This document shows, one piece after another, positions 35,950 through 49,335 of a stretch of 64,000 nt of DNA. The notes beneath the pieces were generated by a model. It saw only the letters and a program-made list of their open reading frames with translations, had not been told where the DNA came from and did no database searches. Position 1 is the stretch's first letter. Each line of letters starts with the position of its first letter. The position numbers and the translations under genes are program-made. The stretch lies in NCBI GenBank assembly GCA_030390025.1, contig CM059432.1:140308001-140372000 (forward strand), given 5' to 3'. This DNA is from Squalus acanthias. Its lineage: Eukaryota.

Positions 35950-36912
35950 ATTTTTTTTAATTCATTCATGGGATGTGGGCGTCGCTGGCAAGGCCAGCAT
36001 TTATTGCCCATCCCTAATTTCCCTTGAGAAGGTGGTGGTGAGCTGCGGGGAGTCCAGAACCAGGGGTCACAGTCTAAGGATAAGGGGTAAGCCATTTAGG
36101 ACTGAGATGAGGTTGAATTTCTTCACCCAGAGAGTGGTGAACCTGTGGAATTCTCTACCACACAAGGCAGTTGAGGCCAATTCATTAAATATATTCAAGA
36201 AGGAGTTAGATATATTTCTTAAGGCTAAAGGGATCAAGGGATATGGGGAGAAAGCAGGGACAGGGTACTGAATTTGGATGATCAGCCATGTTCTCATTAA
36301 ATGGCGGAACAGGCTCGAGGGGCCGAATGGCCTACTCCTGCTCCTGTCTTCTATGTTTCTATGTTTCTATGCCTTCTTGAACCGCTGCAGTCCGTGTGGT
36401 GAAGGTGCTCCCACAGTGCTGTTAGGTAGGGAGTTCCAGGATTTTGACCCAGCGACGATGAAGGAACGATGATATATTTCCAAGTCAGGATGGTGTGTGA
36501 CTTGGAGGTGGTGGTGTTCCCATGCGCCTGCTGGCCATGTCCTTCTAGGTGGTAGAGGTAGCGGGTTTGGAAGGTGCTATCGAAGAAGCCTTGGCGAGTT
36601 GCTACAGTGCATCTTGCAGATGGCACACACTGCAGCCACGGTATGCCGGCGGTGGAGGGAGTGAATGTTTAAGGTGGTGGATGGGGTGCCAATCAAGCGG
36701 GCTGCTTTGTCCTGTATGGTGTTGAGCTTCTTGAGTGTTGTTGGAGCTGCACTCATCCAGGCAAGTGGAGAGTATTCCATCACACTCCTTACTTGTGCCT
36801 TGTAGATGGTGGAGAGGCTTTGGGGAGTCAGGAGGTGAGACACTCGCTGCAGAATACCCAGCCTCTGACCTGCTCTTGTACCCATGGTATTTATGTGGCT
36901 GGTCCAGTTAAT
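35950..36912 (-). mobile_element. LINE RT C-terminal fragment (CR1/L2 group) with a nested plus-strand CR1 tail at 36046-36370
   Basis: LSTIYKAQVRSVMEYSPLAW...IQDKAARLI; host sequence gagctgc|cttcttgaac is split by the insert. Confidence 0.85.
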
Positions 36913-37492
36913 TTTTAGGGGTTCTCACTGGTGACAGTTTATGCTGCTGTTTTTACACACTAAGGGCTCGATTTTGCCGGTGCTCAGAGGGCGGGTTTGG
37001 AGGCGGGTCAGGTGGTAAAATCGCAAATATTGACGCCAGGTTCCGATCCCGCTGTCAACCCGCCTCCGTGCAACTTTGCCAAAGGCGGGCTCACAGACTC
37101 CCGATCGGTCCCACCACCAAGCGACGGGATAGGCCCTTAAGGCAGTTTAACTGCTTGTTAACTGCCTGGATAATGCTATATTGACAGCGGTTTTAGATTT
37201 TACCACTTTCCCTGTGTGTTCCACGCCGTTCCCAAACCACGCCAGCTGATTGTGTCGGGAATCACAAGTGGCTGCCTTCTTCACAGCTGCAGCTCCAGCA
37301 TAAAAACGGAGCTCTCAACAAGGATCAGTTGTAGGTGGCAGAACTTTGTTTTTTCAGGTCTTGGAAAACTTTTTGCAGGTCTACTGATCTTGGAAGTGGT
37401 GAAGCTGAGATCCATCTCCATTGTGACCTCCTGGGAAAACCCTCTCCCCACATTGACTGAGCGCTTCCTCAACTGAGATATCTACCAGCAGA

Positions 37493-37706
37493 ATGGGAAC
37501 CATTTATTTCCTTTCATCCTGGTCCTCAGATTCGGAGGAAGAGCAGCCGCGGCAGCAGCAGAAACAGGCACAACAGCAGCAGCAACAGCAGGAGCGCCAA
37601 CCTTCTCCTCAGCCACCTGATGGTGCACAGGGCAGAAGGCGTCAGTGCAGGGCTGCACGTTGCCGCAGGAGATACCCCCAACACAGGGTTTACAGGCCGA
37701 GGATGA
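37493..37706 (+). pseudogene. Probable N-terminal stub of Harbinger transposase; catalytic core absent
   Basis: ATG-initiated SSDSEEE, polyQ, RRRYPQHRVYRPRM; no DDE domain follows. Confidence 0.6.
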
Positions 37707-37894
37707 CCATCATTACAAATGCAAGTCGCCCTGAGCCCTCAATGTGCAACTTCCATTTCCCAGATCACATAGGCCAGAACTTCAACTGTTTGCCATCACT
37801 TCTGTTTAATCAAAGCACAAAAGGATGACAATGGCAAAAATTAAAGACAACAGAACAGAACACCCAAGTGACTACCTTTGTGACTAATTGTGCT

Positions 37895-39863
37895 TTATCT
37901 TCCTCTTACACGTGGTGCTTTCCCTGTGGCTTCAGCAGATGTGGAGGCCCCTTGCTCACTTTCATGCTGCTCCTGCTTTGACACCTTTGGTGGGTGTCCT
38001 CTGGGTTTGCAAGCCTGTGAGGGCTCGGCAACAGTCTGCTCCTCCTGCGGCTGTGCAGGGGCTGAGACACCCATCTCAGTTGGGTGAGGACTCTGGTGGG
38101 GCTCTGACCGAGTGCTCTGCAGTGGCATGGGAGTGTGAGTGCTTGGAGAGGAGGCCCCACTTCCTTGTTGTCTGCCACCAACATCCCTCTCATGGGTCAG
38201 CCCCACTTCAGAGCTAGCAAGTGGCTTGACAGCACCTTGCTGCACATCAGGGGGGCCATGAGGACCCGTATCTGCACTGGCAGTCTTCCTCAAAAGGACT
38301 TCCATGAAGCTCTGGTTTCTCTGCTCAATAGCTGCCCATCGCTCCTCCAGAGATGTCAGTCTATTCTGAACATTCACCATGTTTTCCAGACTCTGGCGAC
38401 TTACTTCCTCCATGGCCGTAGCCATCCTCTCCTCTACCGTGGCCATCCTTTCCAGAGAGGTAGCCATCCTTTCCACGGAGGTTGCCATCCTTTCTGTGGT
38501 GATGCGTTCATGCGCCATTGCCTCCACAAAGGCACTGCTCATGTTAGACATGGACTCCTCCATCCTCTCCACACTCGCAGTAACCCTGGAGACAGAACCT
38601 GCCAGAGACTCCTGCACTTGTTCCTGGAGTTCCAGCACCGCTCTCTTTCTGGATGGACCTGGAGGCACAGGGTCCACATGCAGCTGAGCAGAGCTGGGAG
38701 TGCCCTGCGGCCTCTGACGAGGACTCTCCACTGCTGTCCCTGTCTCCACCATCTGCTGATGCTCACTTGTGAGCTGTGATACACCAGATGACAACACAAC
38801 TCTATGTGGCGAAGGTCCCACCGAGGTGTGCGTATCTGCGCTGGTGCTGGGTGTGCTTAATTCTGCTGACGCTGCGCCCTCAGAGGTTGCAGGTTCCTCT
38901 GAGGTGTCTTCCGGCTCAAGCTCAGGCTCTTCCTCCTGGACAGTGGGGAGGGGGGCTGTCAATGGTCCTGTGGGGGAGTAAAGGCATGAGTTAGACATGT
39001 GATATTAACGTAGCATGCACATGGAATTGTGCAGATGATCATAAGTCAATCTGTATGAGCATCAGATGCCATATCAGTCACTTAAGCAATGTAAATGAGA
39101 GAGATGCAAATCTATTCTGTCACCAGTTTGCTCTGCTGCGCCCGTCTGACCGTCTCCCACTTCCAGATCCTCATCACCTCCAATGATCTCCAGGGCCGCC
39201 TCCTCAGCGTTGGTGAGATGGGCTATGGAAGGTGGCCCTCCTCCTGTCTTCGCCCTCTCCCTCTTATTGTGGGCTCTCTTTTCCTGCAATGAGGGACACA
39301 AGTGGAGTTTGAGTGAGAATGATGGAGTGAGTGTAGAGAATCCATAGCATAGATGCTTAGGAGACAAAGATGGAGTGAGGTGCCAATACCAAGGGCCCTC
39401 CCTGTGCGTTGTTAGTTGTTGTCATAGCATCACTGTGATAGCAAGTGTGAGGGCAGCATAGTCGAATAGTGAAGTGATTGTGTACATAGAGAGAGAGGGA
39501 TGGTTAAGGGTGCAAGGGATGTAAGGGTAAAGTGGGATGTGCAGGAGTAGGTTGACAATGCAGAGTGCTGGTGATGAGAGGAGATGGGGAGCAGATTGAG
39601 GCCAATTGTGATGTTATACTCACTTTTCCTAAGCGGACCAGGTCATTGAACCTTTTTCTGCACTGCACCCAGGTTCGAGTGCACATGGATCTGGAGCTCA
39701 CCTCCTGAGCAATTTGCAGCCAGACTGCTTTTGTTTACTGTGGTGGCTTCTTCCGCCCAGAGGATGGGAAGAGTACCTCCCTGTGCCCTCTGGCTCCCTC
39801 CACAAGAGCATGGAGGGAGTCATCGTCAAATCTGGGAGAGGCCTTGGCCCTTGAGTTAGTCAT
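37895..39863 (-). pseudogene. Harbinger Myb/SANT-like DNA-binding protein gene; exons 39863-39624, 39283-39124, 38967-37895; one premature stop
   Basis: PRFDDDSLHALV...VLFP...W.QIAQEV...RTWVQCRKRFNDL, then KTGGGPP; GT-AG introns in phases 0 and 1; TAA at 39735-39737. Confidence 0.85.
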
Positions 39864-40464
39864 GGCCACAGTTGTAACAAGGAAATCCAGCAGCAAATAA
39901 TGAGAAAATGAACCAAGGCTGCATGGGCCCCTTAAACGCAGCTGGCCCACAGACGTCAGCAGAGGCGAGTTCCAGACCCAAAACACTAATTGGCCAGGGG
40001 AGCGCACACGCAGGGACTCAACTGCCCAATTAGGGCAAAATCACTAATTTTTACTGGCTGAAAGCGGCGACGGGATCGAAACCCGCTGACCACCTGACCC
40101 GTGCCCAACCCACCACCAATGGGAAAATCCCGGCCCATGTCTTGCATTTGTACAAAAAGAGCACGAACGCTTGTGCCATTGGCAAAAGTTGAAATGGTGA
40201 GTTCTGTTTCATTGTACTAGACCAGAATTAAGCCAACTCTGCTTCTGTGATACGTGTAGTGACCACCCCTGCAAGAGTGGCTAATCATATCATTCACAAA
40301 TGGAAACAGAACGATACAATTTTACAGCACAGAAGGAGGCCATGTCTGTGCTGGCTCTTTGCTAGAACAATCCCAAGTTAATTCCACTGCCCCACTCTTT
40401 CCCCAGAATCCTGTATCTGCATCTGTTTCAGATATTTATCATGAAAAGGTGCAATGCCCTGTGC

Positions 40465-40740
40465 CAAAATATAAGATAGTCACCAGGAAATCAATAGGGA
40501 GTTCAGAAGAAACCTCTTTACCCAGAGAGTGGTGAGAATGTGGAACTCGCTACCACAGGGAGTGGTTGAAGCGAATAGTATAGATGCATTTAAGGGGAGG
40601 CTAGACAAGCATATGAGGGAGAAGGGAATAGAGGGTTATGCTGATGGGGTTAGATGAGGAAAGACGGGAGGAGGCTCATGTGGAGCATAAACGCCGGCAT
40701 GGACTGGTTGAGCCGAATGGCCTGTTTCTGTGCTGTATAT
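40465..40740 (+). mobile_element. CR1 3' end, preceded by an opposite-strand CR1 tail at about 40310-40455
   Basis: NLFTQRVVRMWNSLP-encoding segment and tail. Confidence 0.8.
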
Positions 40741-41429
40741 ACTACATAAAAAAATATAGTAATATGCTGTGTGGAACCAGTCAGAAGTGGAACTCCAAAA
40801 CCACGACTAGAATGTAGGAATAATTAATCCATTAAATTATGTTCAAATGAAGATATGATGTACAGACCAACCTGATACCCACTTCAGCAAAATGATCTAC
40901 TGTTGCTGACAGAGCGATGGATAAATCAAAGCTCAACATTCTTGGCTGACGCATCATCCTCCAAGTGAGAGTGGCCCATGCTTAGGCAGTTTGATACCTA
41001 TACTCACAAGCATGGAATTAATCCAGCAACTCATGATATTCAGTTTGGCAGGACATGTGGGCCCAGCTGCATAAATAAACATTTGGCCAAAAGTGACCCT
41101 GAGAAGCAAAAGATCTTTGAAAATAAACATCCCCGCAGGATGGTACAGTGACCCGGGGTTCCAATGAAGCTTAAGTGAGCTATCAACGGAAGTGAGTGTC
41201 TGAAATTTGAGTTTCAGAACTTTGCCCTGCTGAAAATTTAAATTTCTACCCGGGGAAATAGTTCCGAGCTGTTACAACATCTTAACGAGGAAAGAACCAG
41301 AAGCTGTGGGCAGTCATGAAAAGCCAAAGGTTGGTGGTGAGTGGAGGGAGTGGGGGGGGGAGGGGCTGGGGGGGGGCGGGGGGAGGTAGTGGGGGTGCTT
41401 GGGCGAAGGCAGTTTAACAAGTAAATCCA

Positions 41430-41680
41430 TAAGGCAGCCAATTCACGCACAGCAAGGTCCCACAAACGGCAGTGTGATCATGACCAGATCATCTATTTTA
41501 TAGTGATGTTGGTTGAGGGATAAATGTTGGGCCAGGATAACCAAGGGGGAACTCCCCTGTACTTCTTCGAAGTAGTATCACGGAATGTTTTACATCTCGG
41601 TTTAACGTCTCATTGATAGATGACATCTCCGACAGTGCAGCCCTCCCTCAGTACTGGCACTGAGAGTGCCAGCCTGGATA
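41430..41680 (-). mobile_element. DeuSINE internal fragment
   Basis: Similarity to the other copies. Confidence 0.75.
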
Positions 41681-41972
41681 GAACGCAGACGCTGCCACCT
41701 GTGTTCTCTAAACATTTAATTTTTTCCCACTAGGGGTGGGAGGGGAACATGGGCAGGGCTCTGCGCATAAACATTAGATTTCCAGCCCGGCAGTGTAAAG
41801 GGGATTCTCCCTGGCTGGAACCTGCAGTGCAGCTGTTGACCTCAGAAATGGTTGCTGCAATATAATTGCAACAAATGATGATTAATTTTGTTTCTGTTTC
41901 ATTATTCACCTATGGCCTTCACTGCACTGCAATATTACAATATCAGCTGTAAATTCCTATTTGATGACTCAT

Positions 41973-42240
41973 GGGCCCCGATTTTAACTCCAGGTGGATT
42001 CCCCGCTCAGGCCTGAGTTAAAATTACAGTCGGGTCTCAATGATGTCATCGGGCCGCAACATGCACATGTAAAGAAGGACCCTGTTGGCTCCGGGCGCCT
42101 GTCCTTGCTGCCTGCTCAGGAGAGCAGGTTTAAATTGCAGATGTTGCCATCATGGCGACTTTCGGACAGGTAAGAGCCAGGGCGGTTTTAACTGCCCGCC
42201 CGCCAGGTTTCTGTTGAGCGAGTAGGGTTAAAATTGCCCC
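41973..42240. mobile_element. Short Harbinger-type MITE, family D
   Basis: Ends gggccccgattttaac / gttaaaattgcccc; flanks cat / cgt; related to 51033-51628. Confidence 0.8.
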
Positions 42241-42294
42241 CGTTTCGAACATCTTTTCCTAAGACATATCTGCTACAATGGACCTTATGATATT

Positions 42295-43030
42295 GGGCTG
42301 GATTTGAAGTTTCCGACCCACTCGGAGCGGGGGTTGCCGGTAGACCGCAGGAAGCCTGGAAGTCCAGGTTTCCCCGCACGCTGTGGGGTTTTTAACTCCA
42401 CGGCCTGCCTGTGACGTCATGGGCAGGTTTCCCCGCCCGGAAGCCAGCCTGATGGACAGGGTGGGGAACGCTAGCTGAACAGGACGTTGCAGCAACAGGG
42501 TCCAACTGGGGGGATCCAAGCCTGGGGGGGTTCTAAGCCCGGGGTGGGTCCGATCTCCGACCCTGGGGGTGAGTCGGATCCTCGGGGGGTCTGATCTCCG
42601 AACGGGGTGGGGGGGTGGGGGAGGGGGGAGGTCCGGTCCCCGACCCTGGGGAGAGGCGCGCTGCTGGTGGGTTAGCTTGGCGGGGGGGCGGGAGGAAGCA
42701 CTGCTGCTCCTCCCGGCCCACAAGGATTGCTCCCCGAGGCTATGCTCTCCTCGCTACAGCTACCGGGAATCCCGAGGCCCAGCATCCCCGGCCGGCTGCA
42801 GTTAAACCCGCGCAGCAGCTTAAAGCAGAGGGTTCAGGGCCTCATCATCATATTTAAAATGCCAACCCGCCTTCTGGCAGCGGGTTGGCTGCCCGCTCCC
42901 CCCGTTCTGCCTGAGTAAAAGTTGAAAGTGGGCGGATTGGAAGCGGGTTGGGGTCGGGATTTAGATTTTTAAAACTTTAACTACCCCCACGCTCCTAACC
43001 CACCTGTTTTTTCATGTTAAAATTCCCCCC
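42295..43030. mobile_element. Harbinger-type MITE, family C
   Basis: Ends gggctggatttgaa / ttaaaattcccccc; flanks att / ata. Confidence 0.8.
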
Positions 43031-43033
43031 ATA

Positions 43034-43460
43034 GTGTCAGCCTGGTCCAATGGTAGCATTTTTGCCTATGAATCAAAAGGTTGTAGGTTCAGACCCGCCT
43101 GCCACCACCCCAACCCTGACCACCTAATCTAGGCTGACCTTCCAATAGATATGAAATCTCTTTTGGACTAGGTACTAAACCGAGGTCCTGTTGGGTCAAG
43201 TGGACATTAGTCCAGTGCACGAGTCAAAGAAAAAGGAGCGCGTTGTCCTGGCCAACATTTCTCTCCCAACCAACATGACCAAAGAAAAACAAATTCTCAT
43301 TGTCGTTTATGGGATCTTCCTCTGTGTAAAATTGATGCCACATAACAACATTCACTTCACTTCAAAGAAATTTGGTTTTAGATATTTCTGAGAAATCTAT
43401 GCTAAGATGTGATATAAATATACAACATTGTTGTTGTTGTTGATATAAATGTAAGTCTTT
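43034..43460 (+). mobile_element. Old diverged DeuSINE
   Basis: Degenerate tRNA head, taaaccgaggtcc core, atataaatgtaagtctttc tail. Confidence 0.7.
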
Positions 43461-43464
43461 CTCA

Positions 43465-46400
43465 CTCAACCAGAGCAAGGAAGCCGTTTGCAGTTTGTGA
43501 ATGAGATTATTCGATGGATTGTTAAACTAGTAAATGGGGGGGAGGGCTCAGGTGGCAATTGTAGTACAAACAGTAGTTCAAAAACAAACGAAAGGGAAGA
43601 GAGTAGAGTAACAGTCCGAAATTGTGCTTTAGGCATTACAGGTAAAGGAAAATTAAAAGATGTAAAGTAATTAAACCAGGAGAGAGAAATAAAAAACATC
43701 TGAGTAAATCATCAGAGCTAAAGGACAGGCTAGGATGTGTGGCCCAAATAAGCGTTCTTTAAATGCACGGAGTATGAGGAATAAATTGAATGAACTGCAG
43801 GCACGAATTCAAATTGGAGGGTATGACATGGTAGCCATTACTGAGACATGGCTGCAAGACGGTCAGGACTGGGAACTAAATATACCAGGTTATAAGGTCT
43901 ATAGGAAAGATAGTGAAAATGGCAGAGGGGGAGGAGTAGCGTTAGTGATTAATGATGAAATCACTTCAATGATAAGAGAGGATATAAGGAGGTAAGCAGG
44001 CAGTGGAGACTTTATGGGTAGAATTAAGAAATGGGAAAGGATCTAAGACTGTAGTGGGAGTTGTGTACAGGCCCCCGGTAGCAGCTCTGAAGTACTAGAT
44101 TGTATAAATGCAGAGATTAGACAAGCGTGTAGTAAAGGCAGAGTGGTTTTAATGGGGGATTTTAACTTTCATATAGATTGGGAAAAGCAGACTAGCAATT
44201 GTCAGAAAGGTAGTGAATTTCTTGAGTGTGTCCGGATAGTTTTCTGCAACAATATGTCCTAGAACCAACAAAGGGGCAAGACATATTAGATTTAGTAATG
44301 AGTAATGAGCCAGATTTAGTTAACAGCCTAACTGTGCATGAATATTTATCCAATAGCGATCATAACATGATCGAGTTCAACGTAGCGTTTGAAAGGGAGA
44401 AACGCGAAACAGCCACTAGATTTAGGTAAGGCCAACTTCAACAGGATGAGGCAGAGACTGTCCACAGTAAACTGGGCAAATCTGTTAATGGATAAAATGA
44501 CAGAAGATCAGTGAGAGATGTTCAAAAAAGAATTTGTGACACAGAACCAGTTTATACCCCTGAGGGGCAAAAGCTCTACTTGCCAAAAAAAAAGCCATGG
44601 ACAACTAAAGAGGTAAGAGACAGCGTAAAACTGAAAGAAAAAGCATACAAAAATGCAAATAATAGCACAGATCCTGGCGAATGGGAAAGATACAAAGAAC
44701 AGCAAAGGGTCACAAAACAGATAGTAAGAGCTACAAAAAGGGAGTATGAAAAGAAACTACAAGGGATATCAAAATCAATACAAAGAATTTTTACAGTTAC
44801 ATTAGGAAAAGGAGGGTGGTCAGGAGCAATGTTGGCCCCTTAAAAACCGAAAGCGGTGATATTGTCAATGACAATGGGGAAATGGCGGACATGTTGAATA
44901 ATTACTTTGCGTCAGTATTTACAGTAGAAGAAGAGGATGCCGGAAATCCCAAAGAAACTAATATTGAATCGGGGACATTTTAACGTAAGTAAAATAACAG
45001 TAATGAAGAAAATAATGGGACTACAGAGTGACAAATCCCCAGGGCCAGATGGTTTCCATCCCAGGGTTTTAAAGGAAGTAGGTGAGCACATTGCAGATGC
45101 CCCAACTATAATCTTCCAAAGTTCTCTTGATTCAGGAAGCATTCCTTTAGATTGGAAAATTGCGCATGTCACTCCGCTTTTTAAGAATGTCGGGAAATTG
45201 CTAGTGTCTATAATTAAGGATAGGGTGACTGAACACCTCGAAAATTTTCAGTTGATCAGAGAGAGCCAGCATGGAGTAAGTCATGCCTAACAAACCTGAT
45301 TGAATTTTTTGAAGAGGTGACTGAAGTGGTGGGAATGTCTATGGATGTTATTCATATGGACTTCCAGAAGGCATTTGATAAAGTCCCTCATAAGAGACTG
45401 TTATCTAAGGTAGAAGCCCACGGAATTGTGGGCAAATGATTGACCTGGTTAGGAAATTGGCTGAGTGGCAGGAGACAGAGGGTAGGGATAATGGGTAGGT
45501 ACTCAAATTGGCAGGATGTGACTAGTGGTGACCCGCAGGGATCTGTGTTGGGGCCTCAACTATTCACAATATTTATTAACGATTTAGATGATGGCATAGA
45601 AAGTCATTTATCCAAATTTGCCGATGACACAAAAATAGGCGGCATTGTAGGCAGTGTAGATGAAAGCATAAAATTACAAAGGGATATTGATAGATTAAGT
45701 GAATGGGCAAAACTGTGGCAAATGGATTTCAATGTAAGCAAATGTGAGGTTATCCACTTTGGACCTAAAAAGGATAGAACAGATACTTTCTAAATGGTGA
45801 AAAGCTAAAAACAGTGGCTGTCCAAAGAGACTTGGGGGTCCAGGTACATAGATTATTAAAATGTCTGAACAGGTACAGAAAATAATCAAAAAGGCTAATG
45901 TAATTCTGGCCTTTATATCTAGAGGAGTAGAATACAAGGGGGTAGAAGTTATGCTGCAGCTATATAAAACCCTGATTAGACCACACCTGGAGCACTGTGA
46001 GCAGTTTTGGGCACCACACCTTAGGAAGGATATATTGGCCTTGGAGAGAGTGCAGCGTAGGTTTACCAGAATGATACCCGGACTCCAAGGGTTAAGTTAC
46101 GAGGGGAGATTACACAAATTAGGGTTGTATTCCCTAGAATTTAGAAGGTTAAGGGGTGATCTGATCGAAGTTTTCAGGATATTAAGGGGAACAGATTGGG
46201 TAGATAGAGAGAAACTATACGCTGGTTGGGGATTCTGGGACTAGGGGGCATAATCTAAAAATTAGAGCCAGGCCTAGATGTTTGGAACTCTCTTCCGCAA
46301 ATGGCAATTGATGCGAGATCAATTGTTCATTTTAAATCGGAGATTGATAGCTTTTTGTTAACCAATGGTATTAAGGGATATGGGCCAAAGGCGGGTATAT

Positions 46401-46491
46401 GGAGTTAGGTCGCAGATCAGCCATGATCTCACTGAATGGCGGAACAGGCTCGAGGGGCTGAATGGCCTCACCTGTTCCTATCTTCCTATGT
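43465..46491 (+). mobile_element. CR1 LINE with near-complete but decayed ORF2 (APE endonuclease plus RT)
   Basis: NARS...AITETWL, MGDFN, SDHN, KSPGPDG, DFQKAFDKVPH, PQGSVLGP, FADDTK in order; multiple frameshifts and stops. Confidence 0.95.
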
Positions 46492-47139
46492 TAAACTCTT
46501 GAATGTCAAAAGATATGTGACTTATGGATTCCTCTGCCCACAAATGCTGAGAACGGATGCAAAACTTGGCGTGGTCTGCTGCTCCTTGAAGAAATGCAAT
46601 AAATACACAGATGTGAGAAAACGGCACTCACTCCGTTCTTCCATGTTTTTGTCTTTTAAATAATATAGACCGTCCTTTTCTGGCTGGTCCGTTCTTCTCC
46701 ACTGCTGCTGTCTACAGGGAGTAGAATGAGATTAAATGTCTTATTGTGTTTTGCTAAAAATATGATGTGGTAAAACAGTGTGTGGTAGCGGTTAGTTGTA
46801 GGTTCATTCCTTCTATCCCATGATACTATTTTCATACCTCACAAAGTATGCAGAACAGCCAGCGAGAACAAATCTATGCATGGCTGTACGATCCTTATTT
46901 TTGTTATTTTTGGGAATGTTTTTTTGTGAAATCACAGCTCCTAGGGGGCAGGAAACCTGATGAAGCCCACATCAACAGCAGTAAGAAATACAATAATGTA
47001 CAATTCCATTGCATTTCATTCAAATCCAGAAGATAGTCCCTCAATTATATTAAAAAATGCATGGAGTTACCAAGAGAAGTTTTCGATGGTAAAATATAGT
47101 TGAGCACTCTGCAGCTGCGCCACAATCAAGTTAAATATT

Positions 47140-47278
47140 GGGGGTAGATTCTGACTCTGTGCGACGGTGTAAAACAGATGATCGCAAGTCGGCAGCCCGT
47201 TTTACATTGCGGGGAGAGATGGGCTGCTGATTCCCTATCACCCGATTTATAATATCGCACCAAGTCAAGATCTACCCC
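47140..47278. mobile_element. Short palindromic MITE
   Basis: Ends ggggtagat / atctacccc; ATT TSD. Confidence 0.8.
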
Positions 47279-48116
47279 ATTGTCTCTTGCCAGCCTGTGC
47301 CACATGCAGGATCAACTGATGTTGATGTATCAGCATGATGCATCACTAAAGTTTTAATCAAATTTCATAACATGTTCTTGTACTGAGACAGGGGCACAAA
47401 CTACAACAGGCTACTGTTCTTTGCCTCTGGGACTTGGGTGTGAATGTAGTTCACACAAGCAGAAAGGAGGTCCATTTCCGAAATAATTGAGCAGACCCTA
47501 TCTAGTTAGCTATGGGTGTTAATGTCAGACCTTTAAGGCAGATGCAAAGCTGGAACATGAGTCTAAACATTTTTAAGTACATTTGGGTTAAAATTGTGCT
47601 ATGCTATGTCAATACTTTAACAAAGGAATTTCATATGAATAGGTTAGTCAGTAACTTTAATGGAGGCCTTCAAAATTATGAAGAGATTTGATAGAGTAAA
47701 TAAGCAGAAACTGTTTCCACTGGCAGGAGGATCGATAGCCAGAGGACACAGATTTAAGGCAATTGGCAAAATGAAAATTAGCACAGCACTAAACTTACTG
47801 TGTAAGGCTGGTTTTCAGGCTGGAGTCTCAGCAGGAGGCCCAATGTAACGTGACCGTAGCATCCCTGGAGCAAGAACACCGTTCTCTTAAAGTTAGCCTG
47901 ACATTTTAGAAAGCAGCGTCAGTCCCTTAAAGGGGAACTGCATTCTAAAATGAAATTTTTTTAATTTAAAAATAGACAGTTTTTAGCCCTTGGAGCTCAA
48001 CTGCCTTCTGAAAAAAAAATTAAAAAGAATTCCCAAATGGGAGTCTTCAGCTCTTAAAGCCGAATTCCCTCCCACACCTAAAAAAAATGGTAAAAAGTGC
48101 TTCAGCACTAACACAA

Positions 48117-48980
48117 ATGGCTCAGCAAGCCAGGGAAGGGGCACCCAGGGTCTCACATGCAGCACTCCAGATTTGTGCAGGGGGTCAACACTGCAAGAGA
48201 GGGCCTCTACCCACAGGGGCCAGGAGGCCCTCCAGAAAGAGCGATGTGGGACCAGATCACAGAGGCCGTCACTGCCAGCAGTGTCGCCCCCACCACCTGG
48301 CTCCAGTGCCCAAAGAAGCTTCATGACCTTAGGCCAGTGGTCGAGGACAGTGAATGCATCTTCAAAAGAACTTCTCCTACCAACTGCACCACTAGCCTCA
48401 CACACTGCTCAATGCACGACCGCCAACCCGCCCCCCCCCCCCTCCCAATCACTCATCTACCAACAATCTGTACCAAACACGAGGAACACTTCCCATTCCT
48501 AGCTTCACCTCACCCCCTTCGAGAAGACGGTGCAGGCCATTCTTGGCAGGGGTATGGCTGAGCCCTTGGCCAGCGGAGGGGCTGAAAGGGTACAAGATGC
48601 TGGTATCCTCATATGTTATCCTCCTTCTCACATGCACCTCTGGTTTTCCTGCCCTCCCCTCACCACAGCTCCACCCTTGTGCCTTCCTCATTTCACACAC
48701 CCAAGAAATGCAGCCTGCCCAGCCAGTGGTTGACCAAGAAGAGAGAGAGGAGAGAAGGAGAAGAAGAAGAAACACCATCACTCGATTTCACACTCCAGCC
48801 ACCAGCTCCTCAATGTCGACCAGCAAGGCCATCTGTAGTGTCCCCCACTGAAAGTCAGCAGCCTTCCACCAGCCATGCTGCAGCCACTGGGGTAGCACTA
48901 CGTGACATCAGTAGGATAGGCAAAGGCACACACAAAACAGTCACTAAGGGAATGCACAAGGGTGAGGAGTTGATTTCTTG
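48117..48980 (+). pseudogene. Second, more degraded Harbinger Myb/SANT gene remnant
   Basis: MAQQAREGAPRVS, then shifted frame REGLYP...MWDQITEAV...TWLQCPKKLHDL. Confidence 0.7.
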
Positions 48981-49169
48981 ATGTCATATTGGATGGATAG
49001 ATGTATAAAGTTGGATTGGAAAGTTTGTTTTGTGATTGCTTTTATTTCAGCATTGTGGCCAAGAGGATGGAATATCCAGGATCGAATCATCCGCCTGTGG
49101 TATCAATGACCACAGCCCCAATTCCCCTTTCAACATTGGTCCCACACCTTACCTTCCCTTTGTTACTGA

Positions 49170-49335
49170 CCATCACAGCGTCCTCTGTGGGATTTTTTAC
49201 GTCCACCTGAGAGGGTAGACAGGGCCTTGGTTTAACCTTTCATCTGAAAGATGGCACCTCCGACAATACAGCGCTCCCCCAGTACTGCACTGGAGTGTCG
49301 GGCTGGGCTATGTGCTCAAGTCTCTGGGGTAGAAC
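49170..49335 (-). mobile_element. DeuSINE fragment
   Basis: Similarity to the other copies. Confidence 0.75.

Larger units (their letters stand above)
36964..40136. mobile_element. PIF/Harbinger transposon, internally deleted
   Basis: TIR-like ends gggctcgatttt / aaaatcccggccc; convergent transposase stub and Myb/SANT gene; no clear TSD. Confidence 0.85.

Noticed and set aside
38135..38779. 214-aa plus-strand ORF
   Set aside because: Antisense shadow of the Myb gene exon 3.
41340..41405. G-rich tract with quadruplex potential
   Set aside because: Low-complexity run with no supporting context.
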